In this document: in pieces, positions 1 to 13,324 of the stretch | How positions within the stretch are numbered: position 1 is the first letter of the stretch | How the letters are laid out: each line of letters starts with the position of its first letter | NCBI GenBank assembly: GCA_025786725.1 | Contig: JAHLTZ010000047.1 | Coordinates: 80,260-144,259 of the forward strand | Length of the DNA: 64,000 nucleotides | Direction: 5' to 3' | Source of the DNA: Syncephalis fuscata S228 | Taxonomy: Eukaryota; Fungi; Zoopagomycota | Position numbers and translations under genes: made by a program | Notes under the pieces: generated by a model | Database searches by the model: none | What the model was told of the DNA's origin: nothing | The model's input: the letters and a program-made list of their open reading frames with translations, nothing else

Positions 1-438
1 GTGATTGTATTTCAGTGCGTACATTTCTATAGTATTCCTTCGCATTATTCTCAGCGTTCGTGGGCTTTGCGTCTGCTCTTAACTTATTCAGTAATTCGGC
101 TTCTCCTTTTCTAAGCCGAGTCAACCGCCGTCCCTTCCTCTATTCTTTCCTTTTCTTTCTCATTCACTTGTTCCTTCACTTGTTCATCTTTTAATTGAAC
201 AAACCTTTCTACCGACGTGCTTAGCAGCAGCACTGACGTACGATTGTTGATTTACAAAGGACGCTGCTCTTGTGTCAAGTCTATGCAGACTTCTGAATTG
301 GCTTGTCTGTTTCAGTGGTGCTAAAAACTCTTTTTTCTTTTTCCTTTAAGCGATTGCAGCACGCTTCATAGCTTTGTCTTACTATAATCCAGTGATAACA
401 TTGGTGCCACTCTCTGCTGTCGTTTGTTGCAGCCTTCA

Positions 439-1605
439 ATGCTAGCCTGGTTTCTCGGCCAAGTCTCTCCTGTGTTCGGCGCAGCCGTCACAGATAATAA
501 TAATATTAATAATAGCAACAACAACAACAATAACAACAGTATTCCAGAGTTGACTGACGAAAGTCAAGTACAACTACCGGCACAGCATTCCTATTCCTTG
601 TCTCAATCACTTGCGTCAATACACGCTATATTAGGGACTCGGACTCAAATACAAAACAACACGCACGTTAACGAGATGTCGACCGAAACTGTTGCAACTA
701 ACATCGACACTAAACTATCCATGCCATCATTGAAGGAGATGGACGCGGTGGAGCATCAGCCTATAATTGAATTGCCAGCTGATTTTGGTGAAGCTAATCC
801 AAGTGATGTGGCACGCATCATTGGTAAGTAGCGTGTGTAGGACAAATGGCTATAATAGTAAATAGCGAGTACGGTAGACAGTTAAAATGGTTATATGCTA
901 TCTAAAGAGTATAATGCATTATACTAATGCTTTTTATGTTTATTTACAATCTATAGCCCATGTTATCGACCAACTAATGGTATATAACGACCGAATTCCA
1001 CTGGACCCTCAGCATCTTACTCGTTTCCACTCACGTGCAACGCCGGCATTAGCATTACCGACTATTTGGCTCGTATTGTTCGCTATACCTCGTTGGAGAC
1101 CGCATGTCTGCTCTGCATCCTTGTTTATATTGACCGTGTTTGTGCATCTCATCCAACATTTACTTTGGCGTCATTGACCGCCCATCGATTTATTAGTGCG
1201 GCAGTGACCGTTTCAGCCAAAGCCTTATGTGATATCTATTGCACCAATGCCCATTATGCCAAAGTGGGCGGTGTAAGCTGTGCTGAGTTAAACGCACTTG
1301 AATTGGCACTTTTACGTATGATTGACTGGCGACTCTACTGTCGACGAGAGGAACTTCAACGCTATTATGAAAATCTCGTACGTCAACATCCAGGCTACCG
1401 ATTGGCTGAGAAAACAACGCCACTAATACCCCTAACGAACTTTTCCAATTACAATCCAGCCATTGGCGAATTAGGAGTCAATATAGCTATGAAAACAGAA
1501 AATGTAATCGATGTTGAACACTCCCCAGCCACTGCTGCTACCGATACAGACACCGATACGACAGTGTCGTCTGTATCAAGTCCTGCGACCGATGTTGTTA
1601 ACTAG
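439..1605 (+). CDS. PHO80/PCL-like cyclin (2 exons; intron 824-956; start 439 or 676; apparent 1-nt deletion at about 1043)
   Basis: Spliced translation gives LTRFHSRATP(G)ISITDYLARIVRYTSLE...ILVYIDRV...TAHRFISAAVTVSAKALCDIYCTNAHYAKVGGVSCAELNALE...IDWRL, the PHO80-type cyclin box. GTAAGT donor at 824, TAG acceptor at 956. Confidence 0.9.
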
Positions 1606-1664
1606 CAACTAATTAATTAGCTAACAAACAAACAAATTAATGAACGACAAAACACACCACATTG

Positions 1665-1698
1665 ATATACATACATACATACATATATACATACATAC
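1665..1698. repeat. Imperfect (ACAT)n microsatellite downstream of the cyclin
   Basis: Direct reading of the sequence. Confidence 0.8.
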
Positions 1699-2025
1699 CT
1701 ATCTAACTACCCACTCACCTAAATATATAGCTACCCACCTAACTAACTAACTTACTATCTACGGACAACCTACACGACAACCGTTCGTTGCTACCATTGA
1801 CAACACTCGGGATTTACGATTATTTTTAACGGTTCAAGATTGCGACTATGATAGCCATGCTGCATTTATAGCTATCCACGCTGCTCGCTGTACTAATTTA
1901 CGAAGATTCATTTTTGGTTTTATAATAACGATCGTTTATATTGGCATATTTTAACATAGCATTAAATACTTTTGTTTATTCTGTAAATTGATACTATCAT
2001 TTTATTCATTATTCATTATGTCTAA

Positions 2026-5000
2026 TTATACTAATTTAAGGAGATGCGGTGTAATAGTCTCACCGACTGCACAACTGGATGCCAATGTGGCAATGGCAGC
2101 ATGTTGAGCAATATTAACAAGTCGATCCATGTTATCGGAAGAGCCGTGAACGGTCAATCCAGCCACAAGTGCACCACAAAACTATCACCGGCACCTGTAA
2201 CATTAACAATACTGTCGGGCTTAAGAGCCGGATAATATTTAAGTGTTGGAGCAGATTCATGAGAAGACAACGTGTTGCTGGCACATAGTACACCATGATT
2301 GCCTAACTTGACCATTACCGTGGGTATTCTCCTACTTAGTCTTAATGCGTTAAGAGCGGTGGTATGCCATAGTTCCGGAATGGATTCAAGTACTAAAAAC
2401 GAAATAGTATCAAATAATAGTAAATAAACTGATGATGATTACTTACATAAAGTATGATATTTATCAATACTAATTGGTTTTGTAAACCAGTCTTTATTGT
2501 TAAGCACCTGTGTCAATGCGTCTAATTCATAGTGATTGGGTGTTATGTAATGAATACCGCCTGACTCGAGAATAGCGGGATCTTGTAAGATGCGAAGTGA
2601 TTTTGGAATCGATGTCGGTTCAAACAAAGCTATATTATTGTATTAGTATATGGATAGATGGTAAAGCCTATTATATCTTATACTTACTAGGTATACCGGT
2701 AAGCGCACATATATCGGAAATTGCCCGTATACAGGAAACAGGTAAATTGCCGTCAAAACATATAAATGCCGGCTTCACTTCCTGTATCGCTCGGACAATA
2801 TGGCTTGGTTGTAATTGGTTGAAAATATCCATATTGGCCACTGCAACATATAACTGTCCATCAGCCTCGTGAATAGCATTGTAAACAGCCGTGTGGGTTG
2901 TTGGATCATCGCTAGAAAGTCTTTGTATTTGGCTACAGGACTATATTAAATAGAGTAATCAATGACGGCCATTATTATTACTATTATTATTACTATTACT
3001 ATATGGCTGCTATTTCATTTACCAAATTAATACGTGTTAGTTCTTCGTTAATCCATTCACCGTCTGCATCATTACTTGTAATAGATACTAATACAGTATC
3101 GATACCGCATTTGTGAGCAACTCGAGCTATATTACATCCCACACCGCCTAATGTACGCTGTAATTGGCCCGGATACGAGGATCTATTTAATGGATGATGG
3201 CCTACATCTGATGCTACCGTACACGTAATATCAACGGCACAACCGCCCACCACCATCTAAATAGATAGATAGATAGATAGATAGTGGTCAATGAATAGTA
3301 ACTGACTCCAATAGTTATATAACCAACCAGTCTTTTAGCACTATGATTATTTATGGAACTACTGCTACCACTACTATTGTTACTACTTGAATATGATTCA
3401 GTAGGCTGATTATGGGTAACAAAAGTCTTTTGATCATTAATAAATAGAAATAACACAAAAACAATATAATATAAGTAAGTCTTCATTATCAATTGGCCAT
3501 AAGTATTAAACCTTTGGATGTGCTTGGTTCTGGCTATTTTGACGCAATAAAGCAAATTCCCGCGCTATTTGACTACCAATAACTGCATTATTTTTTATCA
3601 AAGCAATGTCTAACATTACAAATTAGTTTACATGGTTTTTATCAGCATTTCAGTGACCTACTGGCTTCCAATGATTTGCCTAAAGTCCGTTGGTTAACAC
3701 GGTCGAGTAGGAATGGTGTTATATCTTTTCCGATAATATTTTGTTCACTAAGTAGCTATTATTAATCATAGAACGGTGGTTATGTTATATTATTATAGTT
3801 ACACTGATTCGGCCAATGCTTGCTTGATAGCCTTTTGAATTTCTTGACCATCAGCGGCGTATTGCTCAGGAATTGGTACGGCAATTACTTGGCCTCCTTC
3901 TAATTGAAGTCGATGCGCCACATCTTTGATGCCATTGTTTATATTTGTAGTGCATTAAAATAAACCAAAACTTACCCAGCAATGATGCACATTCCTTGAC
4001 AGTGTCTAGCCGCATTGGTGACTAGATAGCGAGATAGTTATTATAACTAGTATATAGGATATTTGGCTCATTAATTAAATGTTACCTTAAATCCACTATG
4101 AGGTGTGAAAAATGCAGGGAATTCATCAGAACCATAGGTGGCCACCGTAACGCCTTGCGTTTCCTATTATTTGTATTATTTAGCCAATGAGTCGTTATAT
4201 GTTAGTGTTATACCAAATATTCTAATGTCTTTTCCAGGTCAAGAATCGATTTGGCTCCACCACATACGACGGCTACAGGTGTACGACCTAGTTCCGTTAA
4301 ATCCGCGCTAATATCCATTGCTGTATTTCAACATTATTAGTAGCTGTTCTATCCCGCTGACCATACTTACTTTGCTCGGCACCGTAGTGAACACCACCAA
4401 TGCCTCCCGTAACAAATACAGGAATGCCCGCTCGATGTGCAATCACCATGGTGGACGCTATAGTAGTAGCTGCAGGAACACCCTTTAATTGTATATTTAA
4501 TGCTATAGACGCTTTAATGTGTTACAATGAGTTTGTAAACTACCTTTGCTACTACGTAGGCAATATCTCGACGAGAAGTCTTAGTTGCCTTGTTACCAAT
4601 CTTGGCCAGTGTATTTAATTCATCATTGGTAAGTCCTATTAGTTATTAGTAAGTATGGTTTACACCAATTCAATAAACAGTATACGTACCAACACGTATT
4701 TTGCCATCAAGGATAGCAATGGTAGCTGGTACACAGCCATGTTCACGCACAATTGACTCGACAGCTTGGGCAGTGGTTAAATTTTGTGGATAAGGCATGC
4801 CTGTGGACAGCTATAGAGTAGATTATCATGAATGGATGTGGTACACGTACCATGACTTATAATTGTCGATTCAAGAGCCACGACCGGCTTTCCTGCCTTC
4901 AATGCAGCAGTTACTTCGGCTGACGGCTGCAAAATTGTTTGCATTGCGTCACGCGCTAATAACCGTCGCTGCGCTATGTGAGAAGAACACAGCAGTGCGC

Positions 5001-5064
5001 GAGGTGCCAGAGAAGTTCGGGCGACGCCATAAGCCATTGACGAAAATACGCGTTGGTAATTCAT
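2026..5064 (-). CDS. Pseudouridine-5'-phosphate glycosidase (PsuG/IndA) fused to PfkB-family pseudouridine kinase, multi-exon, with an Arg-rich N-terminal presequence
   Basis: PsuG motifs [69 protein letters not shown]. PfkB motifs [36 protein letters not shown]. 1-nt deletion at about 2178-2181. Confidence 0.9.
3261..3283. repeat. (ATAG)n microsatellite at an intron 3' end
   Basis: atagatagatagatagatagata. Confidence 0.8.
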
Positions 5065-6039
5065 TGTGGGAAATTGCTGGCGTATGTAAATTATGTATAA
5101 CGCTTAAAGAAAAAGAACACTACGCCCTTATTTTTATTTTTACCACTCAGTGTAACAAGCATGTTGGTTAAAACCTGAATGGATTGGATAGGCTAAATAT
5201 AACTTTATGTACTACGTAAAAACACCATTAATTGTGGCGTGTTAAGCGTGTTAAAGAAATGAATTACGTATTAAAAGCTACTGTACTTTGACTCCCACAT
5301 CTGTCCCAAAGCACAATTTGTTCCAATCAGAGTTATGCCATTATTATACGCAACATAGTTATATTACTTTCTATTAAAATATTATTAATAGACTGATTTA
5401 AATAAACAATGTAGCATACTATTTGATTACTTTGAAACATTTGAGGTTGATTATTATTGTTATTGGCTATGTGTAGAAAGATTGATTGAATATTAATAAA
5501 AGCCATTGATCGCGATTCCATATCGTTCCTCATTACTTCTGTTGCCTGTTTGTCATACTGCACATCAAATTGTTATGTATCTATTTCTTTTCTATCTTGT
5601 TTCTGTTTACTTGAACCACATTGTATATTATAATAATTATATTTAATAATCGCAATTATTTTATTATTTTTATACTTGTAGACCATTTCAACAAAAATAT
5701 CTAACAATTCAGTGTAATAATGACGATGTATTTTACGGAAATCAATTTAAAACAGGTATCACAATATTATTGATTGGCTTGTATGGTTTTACTTTTATTC
5801 ATAATTTAAGTTTGTACTGCTTTCATCTGAATGCTATACTATTATATCATTAGCTAATTTAATATTGAAGGAAATGATGCTATAATAATATAGATTGTCC
5901 ATAAACATTACAATGTATGGTCAAAGTAGTTCATGTTACATTAGCAAATGTACAAAGCGTATTGTAATAAAATATTTGATTATTATTATTATTTATGATA
6001 TGCACGAAATAAATGCTATAAGTATTGTTAGTCTAATTT

Positions 6040-7399
6040 TTATTGAATATTGGCTGCAAGCCGTTTAAATGTGCTCCATGGTCGTTTTACTATTTTCTTT
6101 ATCTTTTCAGCTGTAGAAGACGTTAACATTTGAATTGGAATTAAGCAGCCGGAGCTATTACTGCTATTTAACGCCACCATAAACTTGAGAAGTTTAAGTA
6201 GTTTTTTTGCTGCAACTGTATCAGATTGCGTTGGAAGTATTGGTAATTTAAATTGATACTGTTGATAATTGTTGATAAACCTTGCTTTCAATTGCTCTAG
6301 CCTTTCCAGTTCATTTGGGGTTATTTGCGGTGATATGTTTGCTGTTATTTGGAATATCTCCAATAAAGTTTTAAATTGATTTATATTACTGCCATGAAAA
6401 TAACGCGGAAAGACTCCAGTAATAGATCTAAATATCTTTTTTGACAGACTTGTATTATCATCATTGCATAGATTATAAGCTGGTGTTTTATCCAAATTTT
6501 GTGGTGGCACCAATTTTTTAGTGACTAAAACATTATTTTGGACCAATTGTCCAGAAACATCATAGTCGATGATTGTCACTTTTACGTCTTTTGAATTCGG
6601 TATTTGCCAAACCATGATGTCTACTCAAAATAGTTAGATAACCATACAAACACACGTATCAACGTACTTTTCCCCTCCAAGTCGTTATGAATTAAGTTGG
6701 CATAGCGTAAATACATAGTACCTAGTTATTGTTAGTAAATATATAAAATTTATAACATTACTACATACCTTGAGCCACTTGATAAAACACTTGTGGAAGA
6801 AATGTAGCCTTTTCTGCCCATGATTTTGCATCGATGAAGTTATCCAACTCAATACCATAAGCAAACGAGTATATATAACAAACATCATTCTTAGAACTAC
6901 CAGATGGTTCTGGTATTTTAAAGCTATGCAATGGTTGTTGGATATAATCCTTGCCTTTTGCTATACTGTTTTTGATTAGATCTTTTACTGCTTTTAAAAT
7001 CTATTTTCTGTGTCAGTCAATTTTTAATAACAAGCCAAATTCTTACATTAAATGCTACATCCTCTTCGTACGCTATGTCATTCCTTATACATTTTAGAAA
7101 TCTACGCTGATTATTCCATACGACATCGCCAACGCTTACTTCATGTGATCCACCAATCCATTTGATTGAGGCAAATCCATGACCTTTAAGTGTATCGTCA
7201 TTTTTAAAATAAATATACCCAGGACTTTCAAAACCAAGCTTAGCTATTATGGATATTAATTTTACTAAAAACCACAGATTTAACACAAATATGCACACTT
7301 ACCACCAATCCTTGCACCAATAGCATTTGCCAGTGATACACTGCAAAGCGCTATTAAAGCACAAGTTGATATAACGTTGCACAAAGTAAAACTAGTCAT
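6040..7399 (-). CDS. Secreted protein-kinase-like protein, copy A (5 exons, appears intact)
   Basis: Exon 1 (7399-7303) is a signal peptide, MTSFTLCNVISTCALIALCSVSLANA. The spliced product has FLKC (beta3 Lys), LIHNDLEGKNIMV (catalytic loop) and IIDYD (DFG position). Paralog at 16969-18332. Confidence 0.8.
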
Positions 7400-8029
7400 G
7401 TCAAAACAGCTATTCTATAAGGTAAAGATTAAAAAAATTGTGATTGTGCGTTTGCGGAAAATAGGGAATAACTATTATATGAGAAACGCCATAATACGAT
7501 GCTTATTTATATATATATGTGTAACTGAGATTTAAAACAATTGAAAATTTTACAAGTATTGCTAAAAATAAATATTGAACTATAGAAATGGAATTCTTTT
7601 GCTGTCTTTGAGTATGTTAATACCATTTACAAAAATTGTAAAACGTGGGCTGATCAAAAGAGATGAAACGTCAATACTTATTATAGCATACTACTTGGAT
7701 GATCTATACCATATAGAATTGGCGTATTTTTACAAAACAACTTAACATCTACTATCAAATGAACACATAGAGACACTTTACTAAACAGTACAAGCTATTG
7801 AACCAATTAAACAAACAATGACATCCTGCGTTAATGATTGGTGCTCAACCATCCCCAAAAAAGATTTACAACTTTACCATGAGAGCTTATCATACTTGAA
7901 TCACATCATCGCTATCCGATAAACACGCCTTTTCTCGCTCTTATCGTGTCATATAGGTTAACGGGCCGTAGATATATCGCTACTAAAGTTTTCTTTTGTA
8001 TTTATTCATTATAACAATTAGTTGCCACG

Positions 8030-11000
8030 ATGCAAGCGAGTTTCTTCTCGTCGACGTTTAGCGACAATCTAAGCGGCTCGTCGTCCACACGCAGTCCCGA
8101 CTTTGTTAAACGTCGGCTTGACCATTACTATCGCGCCATCAATGCGATTGTTCTTTCACGCCAGAATGCCTGCAGCGGCTTGTTACCGGCCTCGGTAGCT
8201 GTTACAACGCACGGCGATTATCGCGATGCCTGGGTACGTGACAATGTCTACTCGATCCTTTGTGTATTCGGTCTGGCTCTGGCCTATCGTCGATTGGACG
8301 ACGATGACGGACGTGCCTACGAGCTCGAGCATTCGTGCGTTAAACTAATGCGCGGTCTACTTACAAGTATGATGCGACAAGCAAGCAAAGTGGAGCAATT
8401 TAAGCAAACACAAGCACTGGAACACTCGCTCCACGCCAAATACAGTACGACAACGGGCGAGCCAGTTGTAGGCGACTTTGAATGGGGTCATCTTCAGTTG
8501 GATGCGACTAGTATATTTTTATTAATGCTTGCGCAAATGACGGCAGCTGGCATGCAAATCATCTATACGAGTGATGAAGTTGACTTTGTTCAAAATCTTG
8601 TGTTCTATATTGAACGTGCTTATCGGTAAGTAAATGGACAAATATTATTTATTTTGTATCTGTAAGTGATGTTAATTATTGTATCTAGCACGCCAGATTA
8701 CGGTATTTGGGAACGTGGTAATAAAATCAATCATGGACAGCCTGAATTAAATTCGTCATCCATTGGCATGGTTGTGGCGGCTTTACAAGCAATTAATGGT
8801 ATTAATCTTTTTGGTCCTCGAGGTGGTCCATCAACGGTGAGGTATTAATATAAACTAAATGTTTATTTTACTTATTAAATGAATAGGTCATTTACGCACT
8901 ACCCGATGAAATTACCCGCAACACCACCGTATTGCACTCTGCACTTCCACGCGAATCAAACTCCAAAGAAATTGACGCTGCTCTTCTTTCGATTATCAGC
9001 TATCCTGCTTTTGCCGTCTCTGATAAAGCATTGGTGGAGCGCACACGAAATGATATTATTAAAAAATTGGGCGGTAAATATGGCTGTAAACGCTTTTTAC
9101 GCGATGGCCATCAAACGACCGTTGAAGGTAAATAGAGGGTATATTGGTTTATAGTACTGTGCAGTTAACCATTTATTGCCACCTTAATAGACACTTCCCG
9201 TCTGCATTATGAACCACACGAGCTTGAAGTGTTTAAAGACATTGAATCAGAATGGCCTTTGTTTTTTACTTATCTTATATTGGATGGTATATTTACAGGA
9301 AATGATGTTCAAGCAGAAGAGTTTGCAGAGGCGCTAGAGCCGCTAATCATTTCATCAGGCCAATTAAACCAGTTGGGATTGAAGCTGGAAGGTATTAACG
9401 TTGATACACAGCGTGTTCCTAGCGATGCCACCGGTTCTACGCCGCCTATTACACCACGAGCACCGCGTGATGATATTCCATTGATTCCTGAACTGTATTT
9501 TGTGGCTAGAGATCGGGTTGATGCCGAAAAGGCCAATCCTCATTCACAGCCACGTATGCCAAATGATAACGTGCCATTGGTATGGGCCAATTCCTTATAT
9601 TTCCTTAGCCAATTGCTACGTGAAAATCTACTATCGCCAGCGGAGGTTGATCCATTGGGACGTCGTTTACTTCCCAAGTTCAATAAAGCATCAAATACAG
9701 TGGTGCAAATTGTGCTATTGTCGGAGGATGTGCAGCTACAGTCGAAGCTAGCTGTCTATGGCCTCGAGACGCAGACCGTTGATGAAGTACAGCCAGTTAC
9801 TATTGGATCACACAAGGCACTGCTTGAAGTCTATAGCACCTTGGGCATGAATCGTAAGCTAGGCTTATCTGGTCGACCTCGACGGTACGTGCAATAATTG
9901 CCTTTACGGCTAAATATTAATATAAAACATATATACTAATTATAATGGGTAATCACATTTGTAAATAGACCGGTTGGTTGTCTAAGTACATCTAGACTTT
10001 ATCGCGTACAAGGCCAATTATACGCATTTACACCGCATTTCCTTGATCGAGAAACCTTCTATATGACAAGCGACAACGAGTACTTAATGGCACTATTTGA
10101 ACAAGAACTAGCGTTTATCCGCGACAATTGGACTTGTTCTGGCCGTCCAACACTAGTTGTTATGTTAACACATGCCATGATGGACAGTATTACAGGTGGC
10201 CGGCCGTCGACTCATTCGGCAAATTCAAACCAGACCGCCATGAATCTATCACGTCCATCTATTAGGTATCGTGGCCGCAATATACTTAACTTTATGATGA
10301 ATCTACGAGCCGGGCAATGTAATGGTGTTCGAGTCCGTTTGGGTCGACTATCGGAAATGGTCCGTACCAGCTATATTGAAAGCCTCGACTTTCTAGTCAA
10401 CAAGAATGATGTTGATTGGTATGGTATTCTACGAGGCAGTGGCCGATTTGGACACTCTCCACGAGATATTCTATCAGCATCGGCTCGTAAATCTCGACAA
10501 CATCGCCGTTCATCAACACGTAGCCGATCTCGATCTCGATTGGCATCACCGGTACTGAAACCGGAAAAGTATCTTAAAGACGAAACGAAATCCATTGGCA
10601 TAGTGGGGACAATAGTGGCATCGCCACCACCATCTGCTACATTACCTTCACTCTCGCTGGATATGTCGCTTTTATCCAACCATCATACACCAATCGATAA
10701 AGAAGGAAAGGAGATAGAAAGTAAGGCGAGCATAAATACTAGTAGTAGTAACGCTGCTATACCAGAACCATTGTCATTGGAACGAACGGGTACCGATCTA
10801 TCTGAAGCATTATCTGATGATACAGTATTGGATATTGATACACTATCTCTTACCTTGGGCGACCCAAGCAGTGTACCACAAGCCATTGAATATCTAGTCA
10901 AATCAGCCAACTATACGATCAGATTGGTAAGAACTAATCGCTTAATTACTTAATATTTACAGTTATAATACCAATGCTAATTAAATATTAATTAGATTTA

Positions 11001-12983
11001 TTACACTATTTACACTCATGTGTGGGATCAGCCTATCAGATAGATGCGTTATCTTGTACAGTGGAACAATTGCTAGAGGAAGTGTATCGTAAGGCACTTG
11101 GCTTAAGAATGTGGCATGTTGTTCGTCAATCAGCTGGTTTATTACGTAAAGTTGTCAATTCACTGTCTATTAATTTGACCGATCTACTTATTCGTCAAAA
11201 GCAAGTAACATTTTCATCTGGCGATGAAGAAGTATTTATTCGGTCTCCATTACCACCAAATGCATTAACAGAATTGCTGTATAAACATTGGTAAGTCATT
11301 AATAAACCATTTATCTTAATAACTCATTACTATTACACTATTAGCCAAGATGATGCTCGTGAAGGGCCATTGGTACAGGAACTACTTACTTATATGGGCA
11401 GTTTCATTCGAGGTAGCCCACAGATGTTTGATGGTATTATGCGCTTGCGTACCCATTATATTATTGTCGCGTTACGAGAGGACATATCTCGTACTAAAGG
11501 ATGTGATGAAGAGACAGCTGTAGAATTGTTAATGCAGGTAAGTAATAGTAATATTTACAGTAATATCGATAGTAACTAATAATGTTTATCATATTTATTG
11601 CAATAATAGATGAGTCCTAATGATCTACAACGGCTATTGGCCACTGTATTGAGTGGACCTAGCTTATGTAGTCCATTCAAAGAGCCAAGCGACAGTCCAA
11701 AAATGGATGATGAAAAAGAAAGCAAAAAACAAAGCAATAGTAACCACAAGAACATTGAACATCTACAGACACAACGACTTGTACGCGATCTATCACGTAG
11801 TTCTTCAAGCGTAGTTGCAGTATCTGTTCAATCTGCCGGATTTGATGCCGGTGATTTTACTCATATTACCGTCAATAATGTGGAATATAGCATGAATCTA
11901 CGTGGATTGAATGTTGTTGTTATTGATCGTCTTGGTGAGGTGACCGAGGTGGCCAGCTTTGATACACATCTTTCAAGTGAAGAATCAGATGCATTCTCCA
12001 AGTTGGTCGATCAATTGGAGAATGGATCAGTTATAGTGGTGGCCATTAAGGATGAAAGCTCATGGCACTTGTCATTGTCGGCCATACAAGCTTGTCGTTC
12101 ACTTGGCAGTAAATCGATAGATCAGGTTCAGTTCCGTGACTCTTGGTGCTTCATTGGTACTAAAGGTAAGCCTGATATTGCATGTCAATTATCTAGCCAA
12201 TTAATTATACTTGTATTAGGCAATACGTCATTGGCTGTTGAGTCATATCGACCAGCCAAAGATGGCCCAACTGAACTGCTGACCAAGCGTATTGACTTTT
12301 CTCGGCCACCAGTTGATCAGTCGGCTACTAGCAGCTGCAATAGCCTCTCTTCTCTTGCACAGCTATCTCAGCACTATCCAAGCCCATCTGGCGGTAGATG
12401 GCTTCATCGACGCAAGAATGACGGTTCATTGAATCGAGTGCCTGAAGGCTTTTATCCACGCGTGTGGCGTATTCTTAGCCAGTCAGCTGGCTTGCTTATA
12501 CGTGAAGAACGTCTTCCAAGAGATCCAATTGTATCGGAAATGACGCCAGAGGAATTCAATTTTGCTATTGAAGTTGAATCGTTCCTTGACAATCTGATTG
12601 ATCCGGCCGAGCGACAAATTGCCGTCGAGTGCTTAATGGTTATATTCGACATGAGCAGTGAGACTGAAGAGACAGACATGAAAACACCATGCGATCCGGG
12701 TCATTCACCCCTATTAGACTTGTCGCGTGATATTGATTTGGTGAAGATTATTGACCATGCAGTTGCTCAGTATCGCGAACAGCATTTATCAACTCTCCCG
12801 GCAGAGACCGCCGAGACCGAACAAAAGATGGCCGAACAAAAGGAGCAGCCAAGTGAAGATAAAATAGGAGAAGAGCAGCTTCGTTTACTTTCGTATCAAT
12901 ACTTTTTCGATTTACCATTTGATCAACAAAATGGCACGGCTACTTTTCTACGTGAAAGTGCACGACAATTGCTTCTATCCTAG
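8030..12983 (+). CDS. Phosphorylase kinase regulatory subunit alpha/beta family (GH15-like) with an inserted ILEI/PANDER (GG) domain; multi-exon; 1-nt deletion at about 10911
   Basis: GLLPAS...[125 protein letters not shown] are PHKA/PHKB hallmarks. In-frame 54-nt intron 12166-12219. Confidence 0.92.
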
Positions 12984-13324
12984 CTCATGGCTATAAAAGC
13001 CAAAGCTTTACGTTGAGCAGTTTGGTAAATAAAATAAACAATAGCAAAATGCTTTAATATTACTAATCATTAGTTGACAATCTATTCAGCTATCCATTAA
13101 ATATAACATTTAGCTTGAGTGACTTAGTAAAAGAAATGTATTTATTGACAATAAAACTGCCTAGACTAATCGATAGCATCGATAGTAATACATTTAGTAC
13201 TATGGCGATGCTATAGCCCAAAAGTATAGACTTGGTGGAATGATTATCAAAAGGCGGCTTAGTGTCAGTAAAACATAAATTGAACGCTGGATTTAATCTG
13301 TAGTTGCTAGCTTGATACTTGCGT

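Noticed and set aside
5333-5563. 76-aa minus-strand ORF downstream of kinase copy A
   Set aside because: Low-complexity AT-rich sequence, non-ATG start, no recognisable motif.
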